Of a stretch of DNA of 64,000 nt, positions 12,856 to 26,948 are shown piece after piece. A program made the translations under genes and the position numbers. This stretch comes from Dimorphilus gyrociliatus (lineage: Eukaryota; Animalia; Annelida). The notes beneath the pieces were generated by a model, which was not told the DNA's origin, did no database searches, and saw nothing but the letters and a program-made list of their open reading frames with translations. The stretch spans positions 3,851,404 through 3,915,403 of the forward strand of contig CAJFCJ010000007.1 in NCBI GenBank assembly GCA_904063045.1. Reading direction: 5' to 3'. Position 1 is the first letter of the stretch; each line of letters opens with the position of its first letter.

Positions 12856-15706
12856 TATTGAGGCTGTTTTTTCCCTTCTCCCGACCACTACCTGACCTAG
12901 GGGTTATGTCCGGCACTAGTCACGTGGGTTTTACATACCCTTTAGCCGGCAGTTATCTTCCTCATCTTATTATTGCTACTGCTTTTATTTTTAAAACCAA
13001 AGTTCAAGGGAGATGACTGAAAACGTGCCAATTATTTATTCTCGTTTTTACTATATAGGATTAGATCTTTTAATAAGTTGTACAATTTTAAAAATCTCAA
13101 TGTATTTAATAGTCAAAAGTTTTTATGCTTGTTGTTTTCTTTTCTTTTTCTTCTCTCTCTCTCTCTCCATATATATATTAGTATGTATATATATGGCGAA
13201 CTTCCTACCCCCTTCCCTTCTTTCAGTTGTATTTTCTTTCACCTTTCTCTATTGCATACCTCCCCTCCCCGCCTCCCCCTCTATATATACTTTTTCTAAC
13301 CCCTTTTTTCAACTTCTCCCAATAACGCTTCTTTTACTCTTTAACTGATTTGTTAGAGGCGCGTCAAGTCGCGCTCTAATTCTTATAATCAAAAAAAGAG
13401 TGTAATTAAGTGAATTGATACAAGTCTTGGGGTCAGGAAGTGGTCAGCGATCTTCCCATTTTAAAAATTAGAATATGTATAAAATTTCCCTCCACTTTCT
13501 ATGCTTAAGCTTTGAAATGATACCATCTCGGTTTCCTTTTTTCTTTTGATGGTTGCGTAATAAGTTTCTAAGAAAGGCGTTTTTTTTTTATTTATTTTAA
13601 ATAAAAGAGAAGTTTGGGAAGAATAAAGAACAATAAGAAAGGCTTTTATTAGTTTTCTGACGACTAAGTGACTTTTAATGGTAGAAGGGAAAAATGCCTT
13701 CATACATTCCGATAAAAATTGTTCTGCATGGAAATATTGAATTTTTGTTATAAATAATACAACAGATGTTAAAAAAAATTGATGATTCATTATATTCTCT
13801 TTAGGCCTAAAAAATATTGACAAACTGAGGCGGTAGTTTGTTTTGCCCGTCGTCATAGTTAAACTGAGCAAAGAGGGTAGATTATTGTTTTTTTCTTGCT
13901 AATAAAACAATTTTGCCTTAATGCACTTACAAAATAGCAATTGTAGAGTCAGAGATTGCAAGGTGAAGGGCGAAATAGAGGTGCAGGGGAGGAAATATGA
14001 GGGTAAAAGGAAAAATCAATCACGTGACCTTAACTTAATCGTGGGAAAGAAAGAGGAATAGATAGATATATAATTCACGATATCTATCTAAATTTGAATA
14101 GAGACAGACAGTAGATGTTATTTGGAGGAATAGGGACAAAAGAACATTAAATATTTAAGTGAAGAAAATAGTTAACGAAATGTTTATAGGGCGTGAATTT
14201 TTATCGCAAACGTAACCTTATCTGACCAGACTGACGTATCTCGAAGAAAAGAGTTAAAAAAGGCGTGTTAAAGCGGCGGTAAAATTCTATTGTCATTGAT
14301 CGAGTTTTTTTGTATTAAAAGAGTATGCATTTATTTTTGCAGTACATTGAAACGTACTTGTAGACATCTAGGTTAATCCACCGTCGCTTTGAGCTTTAAA
14401 ATATAATGATATGTATAATACAGACTTGCTACAAAGAATTTTGTAGGGATTTTACCTATGTACTCTCATTCTCGTTTTCTATATCTCTCCCTCCTTCACT
14501 TTCACCTACTAATCTTTTATTTAATGATGCGACGAGGATGAGTTTTCACCTGTTTAATTTAATGTGATATATTCATCCTATGCTCTACCATTTCTTCTTA
14601 TTATAACCAATCAATTTACCACACGTATCAATGACCATTGGCTTTTTCTATTCATCAAACTCAAACAAAGCTATTTCCGGTCACTTGTCGCTTTTTATAT
14701 CAATAAGTCATTATGAAGAAAAACATTACATCAGCCAATAGTAATTGTGAAAGCGCTCAAATGGGGTGGAAGAACGGGTGGAATTTAAAGAAACACAGGG
14801 AAAGAGCTTAGAGGGGGGCGGGGGCAGAGGTAAAGAAAAGAGGGGAAGGGGGTAGAAAGAAAAAAGGCAAACAGAGTTAAAAACGGTGGAAACAATTTAG
14901 ACATTTCCGATCAAACGTTTCAATCAAGCATTACATAACTTTCTATTAAGATTTAGAGAAGAATTGGAGCGTAAGTAGATTGCTATTTAATTCCTTTACT
15001 GTTTGTTGTACCTCTTTCTTTTTTATAAACAACACTTAATAACTGCTTGAAAGAGAGAGAGAGAGAGAAATAGAGAGCTACGGCAGAAGAATAATAAAAG
15101 AAAAAGAGACAGAGAAAAGGTCTAGAACTAAGAGAAAAGAATAGATAAATAATAGTAATTAAATTAATAGTTAGATTAGTATTCAGTAAAGCATACATTT
15201 TCGACAATTTGTTAAGAATAATAATGAATTTTAACTCTTTTTATTCCAAATTACACATTATATAAATTATTAATTAGCATACATTTCATTGACTTTATTT
15301 AAATAGATGAGAATAGATGAATGTATATTGAATTAATATATATTTATATATATATATATATATTTCTCTACTTTATACTTGTACTATTGTTCACGTGTAT
15401 TTCATTCTTAAAACTCTATTAAGGATAAATAGACGCATTTATCTTAAGCCTATAATTTGTGATCTATACAATTTACAACAGTGATTCGCACTCGACGCGC
15501 AGTCGTTAGACAATCCTCATATAATACATGGCGCCACCTGTGATTGTTTATGTAATTACTAAGGAAGCATAGAGATAAAAGAAAGTTGATATTGAGATAT
15601 AAGAATTTTATTTGTATATATTTATACGTAAAGTGAAAAGAAGTGTATAAGATATATATATATACTCAACACGAAATAAAATCTATATATTTATTACACA
15701 GATTCT

Positions 15707-18700
15707 TCATTTTTCATATTGCAGGTGGTAACCTGCAATTCAAAACATTAAGCACATCTTTATAAATAAAAAACTTTTTCTTATTATACTTACCAAAAGG
15801 TTTTAATATAGTTAATGTTACAATCTGACCTGATTCCCTAATTAGTTGAATAGTCTAGTTAATTGGGAAAAGGCAATTAGTTTTGCTATACTTTATTAGG
15901 ATTTAATTATGTAATAATTTGTAAATTACTTGATCATGACTCATACTTGAAATCCTAGTGCCATTAATTGCCAAAATTCTATCATTAACTTGTAAATCCT
16001 TTACCTTGTCGGCTGCACTCCCTTTCATGATATAACCTAATTAGAGACAAGACCGAGATAAATTTTTAACAGTTTGATTGTTGTTTGTGAGAGATAACTG
16101 GTATAAACAAATAAATGGTATTGTTTCACGATATATAACTGTAAATAATATTAATCTGTCGGTAAACAAATCAATCATAAAATCCAATTTTAGGGTGAAA
16201 TACTGCTGTTAATCTCTTTGGTAATTTGAGATCGTAAACTCACGATTTCTCGTAGATTAGTTTTGCTCATCTTATCTTTTTAATAGGATTTGTAATTGGG
16301 TGTTAAGGAAATTACTTACCGATTGTAGGTTCAGGGCCTTCCATAGAAGAAATGATAAAACCGAAATTTTTTTCGTTGTTGCCTTTAATAAGAGTTACGT
16401 CATAAGGGTGGTAGTTGTTGTTAGGTAATTGTAAAAGTTGCCTCCGAACTCCAAGTGCCACTCTACCGGCCTTTGAAGCTATAGTCATTAATTCTACAAC
16501 CCTTCTGTGTGAAGCATTGATTACGTTGATTCCATCAACACTTACAATTAAATCTCCTCTTTGTAATCTGTTTCAGAGGTGTTTTTAAGAAAAACAATTA
16601 GATAAGAACAAATAACTTGATGTAATACTTTTGGTCTAAATCGGCAGCTCCGTTTGGAACAATTTGCCCAATTGAAACTTGGGAACCTTCTTCAGAACCT
16701 CCTGAAATTCTGAATCCAAAGCCATTTTCTGTCCTCTTTAGAAAAGCGGTAATCTCGGCGCATCTTTTTCTTCCATATGTTTGTTCCCTGGATAGTTGGA
16801 GTATTGTTTCTTCCTCTTCCATGTCCGGTCCTTCGCCCTTCTTACATTCCTCTGTATCGTTCTTTGAGAATATCCTGTTTGCGTCGGACTCAGTGAAGGG
16901 CATCTCAGAATCGGATCTTGTAGGAGAAGGGATTATACTCGGATTAAATGTCTTGGATTTCGTTTCTTCGCTGTTGTCCCTATTTCGATTGAAGTCGGGT
17001 GCAGCGTCTTCATATGGGATACTATTATTATTAGCATTCTCATATGTCATAGGCCTTTCAATAACAAAAGTAGTGAAATTTTCCTTGGGTTGCTGTTTGA
17101 GAATTGTAACAACTTCAGAATGAGGCAAAGCTTTTACATTGATTTCTCCAACTGCAATTAAAATATCTCCTTCGCTTAAATCTTTGCACCTATCATTATC
17201 GAAAATCTGTTTGATAATTTGTCCAGCAGGCGAATTTCCAACAGTAAAACCAAAACCAACAGGTCCCTTTAATATTTCAACAATAAACAAATTTTTTTCA
17301 ACATCCTGGAAATGATTTGTTTCCGGTTGGAAAACATCAAAACTTTCATCTAATTGATGACTATCTGAACAAATTAAGGGACATCCCCTATAAATATCAA
17401 AAATAACTTTGCCTTCTAGATTTTTTATCATTTCAATGTTTTGCTGATAAGTTCGTCCTAAAACGTAAACGTCGTTGACCTTAAAGATCACGTCTCCTTG
17501 ACGTAAATCACCCTGACGATCGGCTATTCCGTCAGGAACTATATATTTAACTTGAAGGAAATCTTGGGTATTATCATCATCCCCTCCGATTATTGTAAAG
17601 CCAAATTCTTCATTAGACCCTTTAAACAGGGCTATTTGCAGTCGTTGCTTTATTAGTTTATTAATATTATAATTGCCTTGATTTTGTGCGCCTTTGTCAG
17701 GAAAAACGAGGAGAAAAGAATTAATAAATCTTTTCGATGATGTTAATAATACTTATAATTATAACAGTTAATTTACCTGTCGTTTTACAACAATTCCCTC
17801 TATTAGGCTCGACGTCCGGGCCAGAGATTAACAATGAAGAACTTTCCAGTTCGTTGCCTTTGGAAAATGAACGATAAAAAATCAATATAGCCTATTCAAA
17901 TTGCTCAAGATGAATATTAAAATATTTTTAAACAGCCTAATACTTTTAAGACCCATAAAACGTATATAATTATATAGATTTGTCACGATACTTTACTCTT
18001 TGGAAAGGATAAAAATACACCGAGAGGTTTTTTCGATGGAAAGACTGCATGAGTTGAGTTGTAAGGAACACTTACGTCGTTTTCTCCCTTATACACTACA
18101 TCTAATAATATTATTAATTCAACAAAGTTTTTAATGATAACTACTTTTCTTGATAAGACATTAAGTAGTTTCTTCCGGCAAAAGTCAGCTATATCTTCTA
18201 ACATTTTCCCTCCTCATATCTCTTTCTCTGTTTTTGTTTTAAATAATAGTACAGAGAGTCGACCAGAGGGAATGTCACTTTATCCAGAGGAGAGCTATTT
18301 CTTTTTTTTTATCCATACTCGTAAAATATACCATCTGATTAATTAACTTAATATGCTTAGTGATTAACGCATATGAAAGATATAATAAAAAAAAATCTTT
18401 AGAGGTTAATCTTACCTTCATTTCCCAGCCTATTACGATGTACTAGGGATAATTTTGGGTCTACATGATTTTCATTGTGAGTTTCGTGACTGTAAAGATA
18501 TAAATATAAGTCTGTCTAGAATCTATTAATGCAATTTATTTGTCTTTTTTTGAAGGGTATTACTTTGTAGCCTTTGAAAAATCAATTTGTCAAAAGAGTA
18601 AAAATGTTTCGTTTTTCTTCTCTTTGTTAGTTTGTTACTTTGTTAATAGAAAGGGATATCATTAAATTATTTGTTTATCCATTTAACCAATATTCAGTAT

Positions 18701-18970
18701 ATTAATTTTTACCTTAAATAATATACTAATTTCAATTTCAGAGAGAAAGACGAAATACTATAAAAGAATATACTTACTAAGAATACTCCTTCTGGTGATA
18801 ATTTTTATGTAAAGACTTTAATTTCTTCTCTTCTTCGTACTTTTCTCTTTTTTCGTCTTTTCTATCATCGTCTTTTATATTTTCTCTCTCTTTTTTATTG
18901 ATATATTTTGATGAGTTTGCCCTCAAATTGATGGGTTCTTCAAGAATTTTTCCTGACCTTTCTTCATAAG
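15707..18970 (-). CDS. MAGI: MAGI-family scaffold with four PDZ domains; 5' end unresolved. Exons 18970-18778, 18489-18416, 17857-17777, 17691-16629, 16567-16320, 16036-15930, 15854-15794, 15732-15707
   Basis: Four PDZs in MAGI order: FGFTIIGGDD...FLQVKYIV...YRGCPL (PDZ1); KGPVGFGFTVGNSP...RCKDLSEGD (PDZ2); FLKRTENGFGFRISGG...IVPNGAAD (PDZ3); PYDVTLIKGNNEKNFGFII...GSAADK (PDZ4). All exon phases are consistent. Stop TGA at 15709-15707 is followed by AATAAA. Confidence 0.85.
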
Positions 18971-19957
18971 CTGAATGAGAATACAGATGAACAAATAATT
19001 ATATAGTCTTTTTTATATATACAGTACGCATTACGTAAGAGACGGCAAACTTTATATGTTACATTATAGATTGTTAAATTAATGGATGCTGCATTTAGGC
19101 ATGATTTTTTTTCTTTTCAGTTTATTCTCTCTTTGTCTCTTGTTATCCGTATCTTTCGCTTTATCTAAATCTATATTTTTACTACTAGCTTCACTATATC
19201 TTCAGCTTTTTATTGCGAAAAGAAAATGTGATAAAATATGTTACCAGAAAATATGTACAGTATTATAAATAGATAAAAAATAGAGAATTCCTTAGAGAGA
19301 AGTAAGGTATAAGAACTAATAAAAAATACTGTCAAATAGACAAATAGGATTGTTAAATCCTATAAAAGGGGGCTAACTTTTTTACGATCAAAGGCATGAA
19401 GAAATAAAAAAAAAGGTATAAAGAGTGACAATTCAAGAGTTTGACACGAAACGTCTAAAATGGTTTGTTGACAAACAATGAGAACAAGAGATATTTACAT
19501 ATATTTAAGCGTTTCGTTAGCAATTTTGGTGTTTCTATTATTAATTGTTGATTTTATAGAGTTAATAATAACAGAACAGGGAAATATATCATCAAATGAA
19601 TTATCCTTTATAGTTATGGTAAGTGTAATTGTTATTTTAAATATAGCATAGATGAAAAGGGAGGGAGAGGGAGAGAGAAAGAAGGAGAAAAATAGCTTAT
19701 TTCTTGAATTATAGTCAATTATTCGAAGAGTTAATGTAACCATTTAAGCACTTGAAGAAAAGTTTGAAGTGAGAATGCAAATATATAAGATAGCCTTGAG
19801 GGACAGGGTGTAAATTCGAAATTAGGCCTATAACGAAAATAAATATTTTTACGAAATAAGAGAATCCCTGCAATACATGGATGTTGTATTTTTTTTGTAC
19901 AATAACTAAAAATAACTCGTTTGCTAGTTTGAAATATCTATACACATGTTTCACACG

Positions 19958-19979
19958 CACACACACACACACACACACA
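19958..19979. repeat. (CA)11 microsatellite
   Basis: Direct reading of the sequence. Confidence 0.9.
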
Positions 19980-22612
19980 TACAAATATAAATTTATATAT
20001 ACTGCATATATAACACATAAGAAATGAATGTTAATTTAATTACAATTACAAGTTTTTATAGATGTTTTCATTGAAGTCTTATTAATAAATTGACACAAAA
20101 TAATGATATTATTAATGAACATAGCTTATGCACGTATCCGGATTCTATTTGGCAATGTTGGGCTTTATTTATACAACAGAATCAGTTAAGCAATCGAAAT
20201 ATATGCGACGTCTTTCTCTGTGTTCTCAAGGTTAGAAATGAAAGAAGAAAATATTGGATTTGATTTATAAATACTACTGTATTGTGAATTTTTTTCTTAT
20301 CTTAATCCAGTTGTTCATATTCTTCTATTCTTTTGTCGATTTACATTGGAAGTTGTGAGGATATATAAATTAACTATACGATGAAATTAACCTGTCCAAT
20401 TCTTTTCTTTTTATATACAATATAAACTATATAATATGGAATATACAAGACAAAATTGTCGTAAGTAAACAGTTATTTACTGTATATATAAATATATCCG
20501 AACACAAAGTTTAGCGAGAAGCTTTTTCCTTATTTTTCTAGGGGCATATACAGCTCATACAGATGATCCTTTCATAACCTTTTACTAATAAATTGTTGTT
20601 GAAAAAGAAACGTTTCTTTCTGCTCCTTCTAACCTTTCATTCACCTTTTACTAGCTAACTTTTTCTCAACAAAGAATCATATGGGAAGATATCAAGTGAA
20701 CAATAAGAAATAAATTTATTATACATATATAATAAGAAAGAAGTTGTACATAGCTATAATTGGATTGTTTGTGTAAATATAAATATATATATATATGACT
20801 TTCTCTTTTACAAGTAAAAGCATTGATATTCCACGACTATTATGTTTTACATATGCATTTTATACATTAAATAAACCCCATTATATTTAAGGAGTATATA
20901 CAATTACATAGTTTAAGTAATAAATGATATAAGATACTTTATATATGTATGTTAATTATAGAAGTATTGTTATTATATTTTTCTCTCTCTTTGCATCATA
21001 TTTTCTCTATATTTATTGATTCCTGTAGATTTTTACGACTTTTTTAATATAGATAATAAAATGCAAATTAACCTAGGAAATATCTTTAGAATTTACTGTT
21101 CTTTATTACTTTTAATAAGATTTATATATAGAATATACTGTATATACATCTGTGTTCTCTCCAATAAGTGATATCTGACTTTTCGCCAACTGCGTGATCG
21201 ATACCTAAATTTATCAAGGTAAATAGTTAAATGGTCTAGACCACGCCAAGATATATCTAGAAAATACTTAAATTGTGTGGAACATACTGCGAGCCAAATA
21301 GATAATACCTAAATTACTTCTCTATGGATAAACTGTCTATGTAAAGGCAACTGCAAAAGTAGTTGTTTATATATTTATGTGCTGTATATTCGTGGTATTT
21401 GAAATAATACAACAATAGCAGAGGTTTTTAAGTTTCAGAATTTGTATTCTGAAAGAAATTAAGTAGATTTTCTCTTCTTTACAATAATTTGAAACTGATG
21501 CTAATAAATTTTGGTTTGCCATCTGTTTGTCATGTTTGTCTCGCGCAAAATAATTAAAGATTTTCAAATCAATTTTCACTTTATTGTGACAATACTGAAG
21601 ATGATGTGGTGATAATCACAGTTTAAAAACTGTTATATTAGATAGAACTGAATCAGACACACAAACACACAAATACACTCATACACACTAGTCACTTGCG
21701 GCAGTGGCCAAGATAACGGACCACTTGCCAGACAGTTCACCCAATGGATTAACTTACTGACAGTATAAATATACAGTATATATAAATTTATATATATATA
21801 TAGATATATAAAGGTATCAATCAAATAAGAATAAACGGGTAGAACACAGGAAAAAGTAACCAAAATTACTGATCATTATCTTAATCGAACTAAATAATTA
21901 GTCAAAATTTTCTCAGTTCTTTTTGGAATTAAGCCTATAAACTAAAGGAGAATGAAAGCGTCTCACCCTTTTTGTTTCTTCAACACTAAAAAATACATGT
22001 TACTTTTTTTCTTTCTTTTCTACGATCTTATGTAATCAGAGGAGAGGATAGACATTACAGCTGACCTAATTTAGGACAAATTGAAAATATCAATTGGAGA
22101 TTAATTCAAATTCTTTATGGCATCTGCAGAGAAAAGGTGAAACTATATTTTATTACTCTTCGAACAGAATTGAGGAGCATTGGAGCGAGAAGCTTTCCTG
22201 AAAGACGCTTTCTTCACCTTATCCTTGGCTTAATTTATTAATAGTATATTCTACCGTTTTACCTAATTAATAACGTTTAATCTCTTAAAATTCAGTGAAA
22301 AATGTCCAATACACTTCTGTCAGAAAATATTGGAGTATTTGATATAATAGAGATATTTCCAACTTCACTACAGTAGAATATTGAATAATAATAAAAACAC
22401 TAAATTGAAGCCTACCACCCACAAAATATACCTCTTATAGTCTTTTCACGAAGCACTCTTGGCGTCTACGATTACCAATTCAATTCTAAGAAATTGCTCT
22501 GCCCAGTTAAGTGCAGCTAATTTCTTCATTCCTCCTATCCTATTTTCATTTACTCTCACTTATACCAATTCCTAATTAGGTAATAACACAAATACATTTT
22601 ATATAGAAATAC

Positions 22613-22781
22613 CTGGATATTTCACTCTATGCCTCTTCTTTTTCTTCTTTTGCACTGGTGTTATATACAATAAAACGTGTCGAATACTTTCAGATTCCTT
22701 TTCCGGTTGGAAAACCGTTTTTGGTAAAAGTTTGTCAACGGGAAAAGTTTGTACTTTAGCTCCAACCAATCCTCTAACCAT
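22613..22781 (-). CDS. Candidate first coding exon, possibly of the MAGI-like gene
   Basis: ATG with an in-frame stop upstream, 56 codons (MVRGLVGAKVQTFPVDKLL...KKKKKRHRVKYP), ending at a phase-1 donor G|GTATTT that is compatible with the phase-1 acceptor at 18970. No homology recognised. Confidence 0.25.
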
Positions 22782-25207
22782 TCCTGCAGTGCTTTTTTTT
22801 CAACTAAACGTCACGCCGATAACGTCGGTAGCTGATTGGACGCGTTAAAGCGTCTCTTTTTTGTCCTGTAATTTCAGTAACAATATCCGTGAAATAGAAT
22901 CAAAATTTTTTCATATAAATCAGCATGTTATAATAAAAAAAAAACAAGACCACTTTTAAACAGGTTATCTTTCATCTTTCACTTTAAACAAAAAGAAATA
23001 AGTTCTTTGTAAATTTCTGTATTTTTTTTTTTTAAAAAAAAAATTTCTATGATATTTGTTTCTTTTCATTTATTTATTTTACTTATTTTTGTTGTTTTGT
23101 TCAATTTTTTTATCATGTTTTTTACGTTTTGATTTTTTTTATTTTATTAAAAATCACTACCTCTCCTTTTTTTTTAATTCTCGTTTAGTTTAAATAATTA
23201 AGTATCTTCAAGGTCGAATTCTAATTTGAGATTCGATTTTTTTTTTCATCTCTACTTCTTGACTTTCCCCTTTACTTTTCAATTCTCAAAAAAAATCGAT
23301 TATAGTTAATTATGATTAAACGTATTTATATATAACTGTGTATATCAACAAAGGGGTCTAGAAAGAGAATATTTATATATACACAGTATAGTGTATATGG
23401 GTAGGGGAGGAGGTAGAAAGAGAGAGAGTAGATACAGGCCTACAATGAAAAAACTTTGAATTCGACAAGCCTTATCATATTCTCACTCAGCCAATAGATA
23501 AAGGAATTTTTGTTGTAAAACTAGGTCTTAATAACTGATTTAAGTATGGTGAATACATGTCAAAAAAAATCTAAGGCATACGTTATACAATTAAAAAAAT
23601 GAGATAATTTATGGTACGTTATTTAGCTGAAAGAAGTGAACAATATGTATATATATGTAAGTTTTGATATATTCACTATAAAATATCGCTACTATAATAG
23701 CACATGAAACAACGGCAAAATAAAAGAAAAGTCACGCTAAGAGATATTAAGACTTTTCGGTAGCGAGTGAAAACGAAAAAGAGATTGGCTAAAAGTATTT
23801 TACAGAGAAGTGAGCCGGTATCCAGAGTTTTAAACACGAAAGAGCTGATTTCTGAAAGAGAAAGATAAAGAAAACGAGAATAATACGGCGAGTGAGAAAA
23901 AGAGGAGAGGGGGCGAGGGGCAGATAAAAGAAAGAAACGCTTTCTCTTTTCTTATGCAATGCATCAATATTCTTTAATAAAAGTATGTAAAGTTATGATT
24001 ATAATTCTTAAAGCAATTGATTTCAGTTGTTGTTCAAGTAGGGAAATATATGATAGGTCTAAAAGATACCTAATGAAACAGAATGAATGCAAGGCTTAAT
24101 GGAATGTTTTCATTATAAACCTTATATGAAGAATATATATATATATATATGGATTATATAAATTCCCAACTACCACTTGCTTCGAAAACTCGATAACAGA
24201 CACGCCCGATTCTACTAGCGAAAAGATATTTTCCAAATATATTCCCCGTACTATTTTATCAAGTAGGCCTATTGTGTTTTTGTGAATACTAATAAATTTT
24301 ACTATATTTATTTACTATTACTATTATCATACATCGTTATTCAAGTGTAGGTCTACAAAGACTTTTCATCACTTATGGAGTCCCTAGTTGGCAAAGAAAT
24401 ATGGTATAAATATAAATACATATGCATAAATTATTATGCTAGCTTGGATATATAGTATGCTGAAATAGACACAAAGAGGGAGAGCAATAAATAGACAGAG
24501 AGACATTGAAGAGTGGGAAAGAGAGACACCCAAATAGGAAGAAAAGTACAAAGATATAGAGAGCAAAGGGTGACGAATGGGCAGTGGAGGGTTTAGTTAG
24601 TTTTAGTACACAATACTGCTTGTTCTTTTGAACGGTGTGGTAAAACGTTATAACGAGGTGAAATAAAGAAAATATTATTGTTTGTTTATTTCAATAAAGG
24701 AATTATTCGATACGAGACAAAACGTGATCTATAGATATCAAAGATAATTATAGACTGTCCAACCTAATAAATCTTTTAAGAACAGCTCTATGCTCTTTCT
24801 AGATTGTGTGATTATTGAATAAAAATCAAGATATGTATAGAATTCATTAAGAACCTTACATTCATTAATTCATCTAGAAAGGAATAGAGAAAAATATTAA
24901 TATTTCATTGAGAAACTAACTTCGTGAATGAATTAATAAACACTATTCTATAAATATATATATATATGTATTAATACATTACAACGGAATGACTATTATA
25001 GGCCTAGTCGCCTCGTCTATTGTCTAAGTAATTGAGAGAGTAAATTAAATAGGTAGCACACGGTAATTTTACGTAAAAATCCAATTCAATGCTTTGTCCT
25101 AAGTAAATTGTATAGACTTATTACGTCTGCCTTGAAGAATTGGACGTGCTACTACAGTCATAATTAAGCTGCCAAGAGCTCATAAACTTTATATTATTTT
25201 TATAGAT

Positions 25208-25221
25208 ACCAGATGGTGCTA
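25208..25221 (+). promoter_or_regulatory. CTCF-like motif ACCAGATGGTGCTA
   Basis: Close match to the CTCF core CCAC/GCAG(A/G)TGGCGCTA, in intergenic AT-rich DNA. Confidence 0.35.
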
Positions 25222-25529
25222 TTTCATTGACTTATAAATAATATATTCTTCATTATTATATATTATACGTTTTGCATATTAATGATATATTTACACTTGG
25301 AATTAATAAAATATCTTTTATCATCGTTTATAAAATATGAATGCTACCAAAAAAATAGATCTGTTAAAAGGCCTACAATGGATTTCTGGGATATGAAAGA
25401 ATGAATAAGAAAGAGGACAAAGGAATAAAAACGAATAAAATAGGATTTATTTTCCAATCCTTAAATTTAGAAAGTGTAGTTTCGTTTTTTTTGGTAGAAC
25501 TGATTATAGATCTGTTCTTATTCTGTCTA

Positions 25530-25532
<3 letters not shown>

Positions 25533-25574
<42 letters not shown>
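25533..25574. repeat. (CT)21 microsatellite
   Basis: Direct reading of the sequence. Confidence 0.95.
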
Positions 25575-25584
<10 letters not shown>

Positions 25585-25788
25585 CTTACTCACTCTTTCT
25601 CGTAGCATTTCGTGGAAAACATAAAAATAAAGAGAAAAACGAAATCTTCAATCCAATTTTATTTGAAGCCAAAAGTTCTCTCTTCTGCTAATGAACCAAT
25701 TAATTACTTTACTTTAACTCTTACTAACATCAAATAAAATTCTTTAGTGTTTTAAACGTAAGGAAAATATGAAAACTATTTGGTTCTG

Positions 25789-26948
25789 TTATTTGATAGT
25801 ATATATCAAAGAAGCTGCAATTAATAAACTCTTCCACGGAGCAATCAATACCTTAGGAACTGAAAAAACATAAAAGATAACTTTTTTCTTTTTACCTTAT
25901 ACTGAGTAAATACTTAAAATGATAGAAAGTGACATTGAAATGTTTCCATTGATAAAGACATTTTTTCTATTAATAGCCTAATTAGTATTCTTTATGGAGA
26001 AATATTCCGTATAATTACAGCTGCCTAATTCTCTATCTCTTTACGTGCGTTTTGTTAAATATACCTAGCTCAATAGGTATCTTAATCATGAAACTATTCA
26101 ATGTTATTATTTTATATTATAAGATTTAATAAAGAAGAAGCTACACTCAAACAAAATAATTACAAACTGTAAACTAGCTCTTACACGTCATCGTAAATAT
26201 GTCTGTCGTTGTACTCATTTCCCTTAAAATACCTCCATAAATCCTATGAAATTTACCACATTCTATTCCATTAGTATCCCATAGATTAAAGGCTGTCTCA
26301 TATCCGCAACAAACAATACTTTTTAGGTTGAATAGTATTTGATTTGTATTGTTGACAATCGTATAATTTGAATATATAGACAATCTAAATGTTGTATAGT
26401 TTATTGTTATTATTATGGTATAAGTATTAAACAAACAATAGAGACAGACGGGAAAAGAATGAAAGGGGAGTGAGAATGCTTACTTTGGTGGATAAATACA
26501 ACCTATTAGTTCACCAGACTGAGCTAATCTTATTTGCCACGGTTCATAAGATAGTAATAAACGATTTAATTTCAATATTTGAATTACTTCAACACCATCA
26601 ACATCATAGACCCTAATTAGACGATAACGATATTGCGCAACTCCAGAGTTTTCGTCTAAATATATATATATATGTATATATATATAATATATATATATAA
26701 AAGCTAAATGAAAAACAAGCCAATTTTTAAATAGAAGAAATTAATTTACAACCTTCGATAGCATAGAATAAAACTTTGCCTGTGATATCCTTTACAATGA
26801 ATTTCTTAAACTTGCCTAGTGTACTTAAATCTCTATGAACAGCAATTTGATCTATTCCGTTTAAAAGAATACAGACTATTGAATTAGAGTCGTTAATTTG
26901 TATAGTACTTGAGTGTGATGAATTGTTTATCGATGTACTAGACATCAT
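25789..26948 (-). CDS. Phospholipid scramblase-like protein, about 212 aa; exons 26948-26753, 26655-26484, 26384-26185, 25859-25789
   Basis: GKFHRIYGGILREMSTTTDIFTMT-FPKVL...KSLLIAASLI parallels the PLSCR motif [29 protein letters not shown]...KAVMIGACFLI. The N-terminal KFIVKDITGKVLFYAIE is also scramblase-like. Four exons are in phase. Confidence 0.72.

Noticed and set aside
13013-13871. ORF-track entries at 13013, 13078 and 13461 (and similar ones at 14983, 19495, 24384, 25401, 40031)
   Set aside because: These are F/L/S/I/Y-rich translations of pyrimidine tracts and microsatellites, with no motifs or splice logic.
14813-14852. G-rich tract (four G-runs) as a G-quadruplex
   Set aside because: One loop is about 17 nt and the tract is part of general purine-rich low-complexity sequence. 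Nothing ties it to a function.
21093-21308. 71-codon stop-free frame after a TTTAG acceptor (minus strand)
   Set aside because: A rough estimate gives a few such frames by chance in this much AT-rich DNA, and no family was recognised.
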